Part shown: piece by piece, positions 62,332 to 64,000 of the stretch
Layout: each line of letters begins with the position of its first letter
Numbering within the stretch: position 1 is the first letter of the stretch
Source of the DNA: an uncultured Gemmatimonadales bacterium
Lineage (GTDB): Bacteria > Gemmatimonadota > Gemmatimonadetes > Longimicrobiales > Gaopeijiaceae
DNA: 64,000 nt
Direction: 5' to 3'
NCBI GenBank assembly: GCA_963809895.1
Contig: CAWELD010000003.1
Coordinates: forward strand, 2,912,001-2,976,000
Notes under the pieces: model-generated
Database searches by the model: none
What the model was told of the DNA's origin: nothing
The model's input: the letters and a program-made list of their open reading frames with translations, nothing else
Position numbers and translations under genes: made by a program

Positions 62332-64000
62332 ATGAAGATCGCCGTTCGCCGTCTCGTCGCCGCCGCCGTCTGCCTCAGCGCCTGCGCTCCCGCCTATCCC
62401 CCACCGCCCGAGTCCCGAGTGGCGACGGTGGTGGATACGCTGCACGGCGTGGCGTTCGCCGACGATTATCGGTGGCTCGAGGACCAGGACGCTCCGGAAA
62501 CCCGCGCCTGGATCGCGGCCCAGAACACCTACGCGGAGCAGATCGTGGGCGAGCCGGCGCTGCGGGAGCGCCTCCGTGCCCGCCTGCGCGAGCTGGTGGA
62601 TCGCGACGACGTGGGCACCGCCCGCCGCGCCGGCGACTACGAGTACTTCTCCATGGTCCGCGAAGGTGAGGAGATGGGCCGGGTCTACCGCCGACCGACC
62701 CAGGACGGCGCCGCGCTCGACGAACCCTCCGTGGACGGGGACTACGAGGTGGTACTGGATCCCGCGGACTTCGACCCGGACTACCGGGTCACGGTTTCCA
62801 TGGGCGATTTCTCTCCGGACGGCCGCTACATGATGTACACCGTGCGCCAGGGCGGCGCCGACGAGATCGCGGTGCACGTGCGTGACCTGCTCACCGGCCA
62901 GGACCTGCCCGACAGCCTCCCCGACGCGCTGTACGGGGGATTGGAATGGGACGACGACGGCCAGGGCTACACCTACGTCCACCGGGACCGATACCAGGGT
63001 CCGCGGATCCGTCACCATGCGCTGGGCGCCGGCCCGGCCGACGACGAGTTGGTCTGGGGCGAGGGCTATCCCCCGACCACCTTCGTCGGCATGAACGACA
63101 CGCCGGATGGCCGCTGGCGCCTCTACAACGTCAACTTCGGCTGGGCGCGGGCCGACTGGTTCATCCAGGACGCGCGCATCGGGCGGCTCCATCCGACCGC
63201 TGGTCGCGGGAATCCCGGCGCACTTTCAGGTCCGCTACCGCCAGGGGCGCCTGTACGTCCTCACCGATTGGAACGCCTCCAACTACCGCCTCATGGTGGC
63301 GGACCCCGAACAGTCCGACCCGGCGTCGTGGACCGAGCTGATTCCCGAGGCCGACGACCTGCTCGAAGGCTACACCTTCATCGGTGACCGCATCTACGCC
63401 ACCTACCTCCACGACGTGGCGGACCGCATCCGCGTCTTCGAGACCGACGGGACGCCCGCAGGTGACATCGAGGTACCGGACAACTCGAGCGTGACCATCC
63501 GTGGAGCCGACGACGGACAGGCCGAGCTCACCGTCAGCGGATATCTCCGCCCTTCACGCACCTGGACCCTCGATCTCGCCGACGGCACGCGCACGCTCAC
63601 CGACTCTTCCGAGGTCCCCTTCGACACCGCGGGAGTCATGGTCACGAAAACCTTCTTCACCTCGGCCGACGGCACGCGGGCCCCCATGTACGTCATGCAC
63701 CGCCGGGGTCTGGTGCTCGACGGCACCAATCCCACCATCCTGAACGGCTATGGCGGGTTCAACGTCGCCATCAAGCCCGGCTTCTCCGCCAACGCCGCGG
63801 CCTGGGTGGAGATGGGTGGGGTCTACGCCGTCGCGACGCTCCGGGGCGGCAACGAATACGGCGAGGAATGGCACCGGGCGGGCATGCTGGAGAACAAGCC
63901 CAACGTCTTCGCCGACTTCATCGCCGCCGCCGAGCACCTGATCGCCGAGGGCTACACCGACCCGGACCACCTGGGGATCTCCGGAGCCAGCAACGGAGGC
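62332..64000 (+). CDS. Prolyl oligopeptidase (S9A) lipoprotein; frameshift ~63175; runs off the window end
   Basis: LSAC lipobox, DDYRWLED, WIAAQN, FSPDG; after the frame change GYGGFN, LRGGNEYGEEWH, KPNVFADF and catalytic GASNGG at the window edge. Confidence 0.9.

Overview
High-GC bacterial chromosomal window. The gene content (VPS10/BNR hydrolase, S9 and tricorn peptidases, three PadR + duplicated-orphan-permease pairs, many lipoproteins) suggests a Gemmatimonadota/Acidobacteriota-like diderm; this is inference only. No rRNA, tRNA, CRISPR array, integrase or transposase was seen. Main blocks: (1) 0-17 kb, hydrolases and housekeeping genes, including a TetR / AHL-lactonase-like / acylase cluster with a visible promoter and twin operator. 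(2) 17.5-24.6 kb, a coherent module: a sigma-54 promoter with an upstream palindromic enhancer precedes a four-His (diheme-b-like) membrane protein, a CopD/HemJ-like membrane protein and two Tat-exported Rieske proteins, next to an NtrC-type two-component system, a porin and a small PstS-like protein. (3) 26-37 kb, a coproporphyrin-dependent heme cluster (hemB-chdC-hemA-hemC-hemD-hemL-hemE-hemH-hemY) plus a radical SAM/SPASM gene; it is heavily frameshifted and interrupted by a 586-nt poly-G run, most likely sequencing or assembly error. (4) 40-52 kb, PadR-permease pairs, a GH3 and tricorn protease. (5) 53-56 kb, an orphan three-gene operon: a tail-fibre-like 31-aa-repeat protein with a peptidase-G2-like C-terminal chaperone domain, a signal-less metzincin and a HEAT-repeat protein, behind three phased heptamer repeats. 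Blocks 2 and 5 are the best candidates for undescribed systems. All family calls come from motif recognition by eye; no database search was run.
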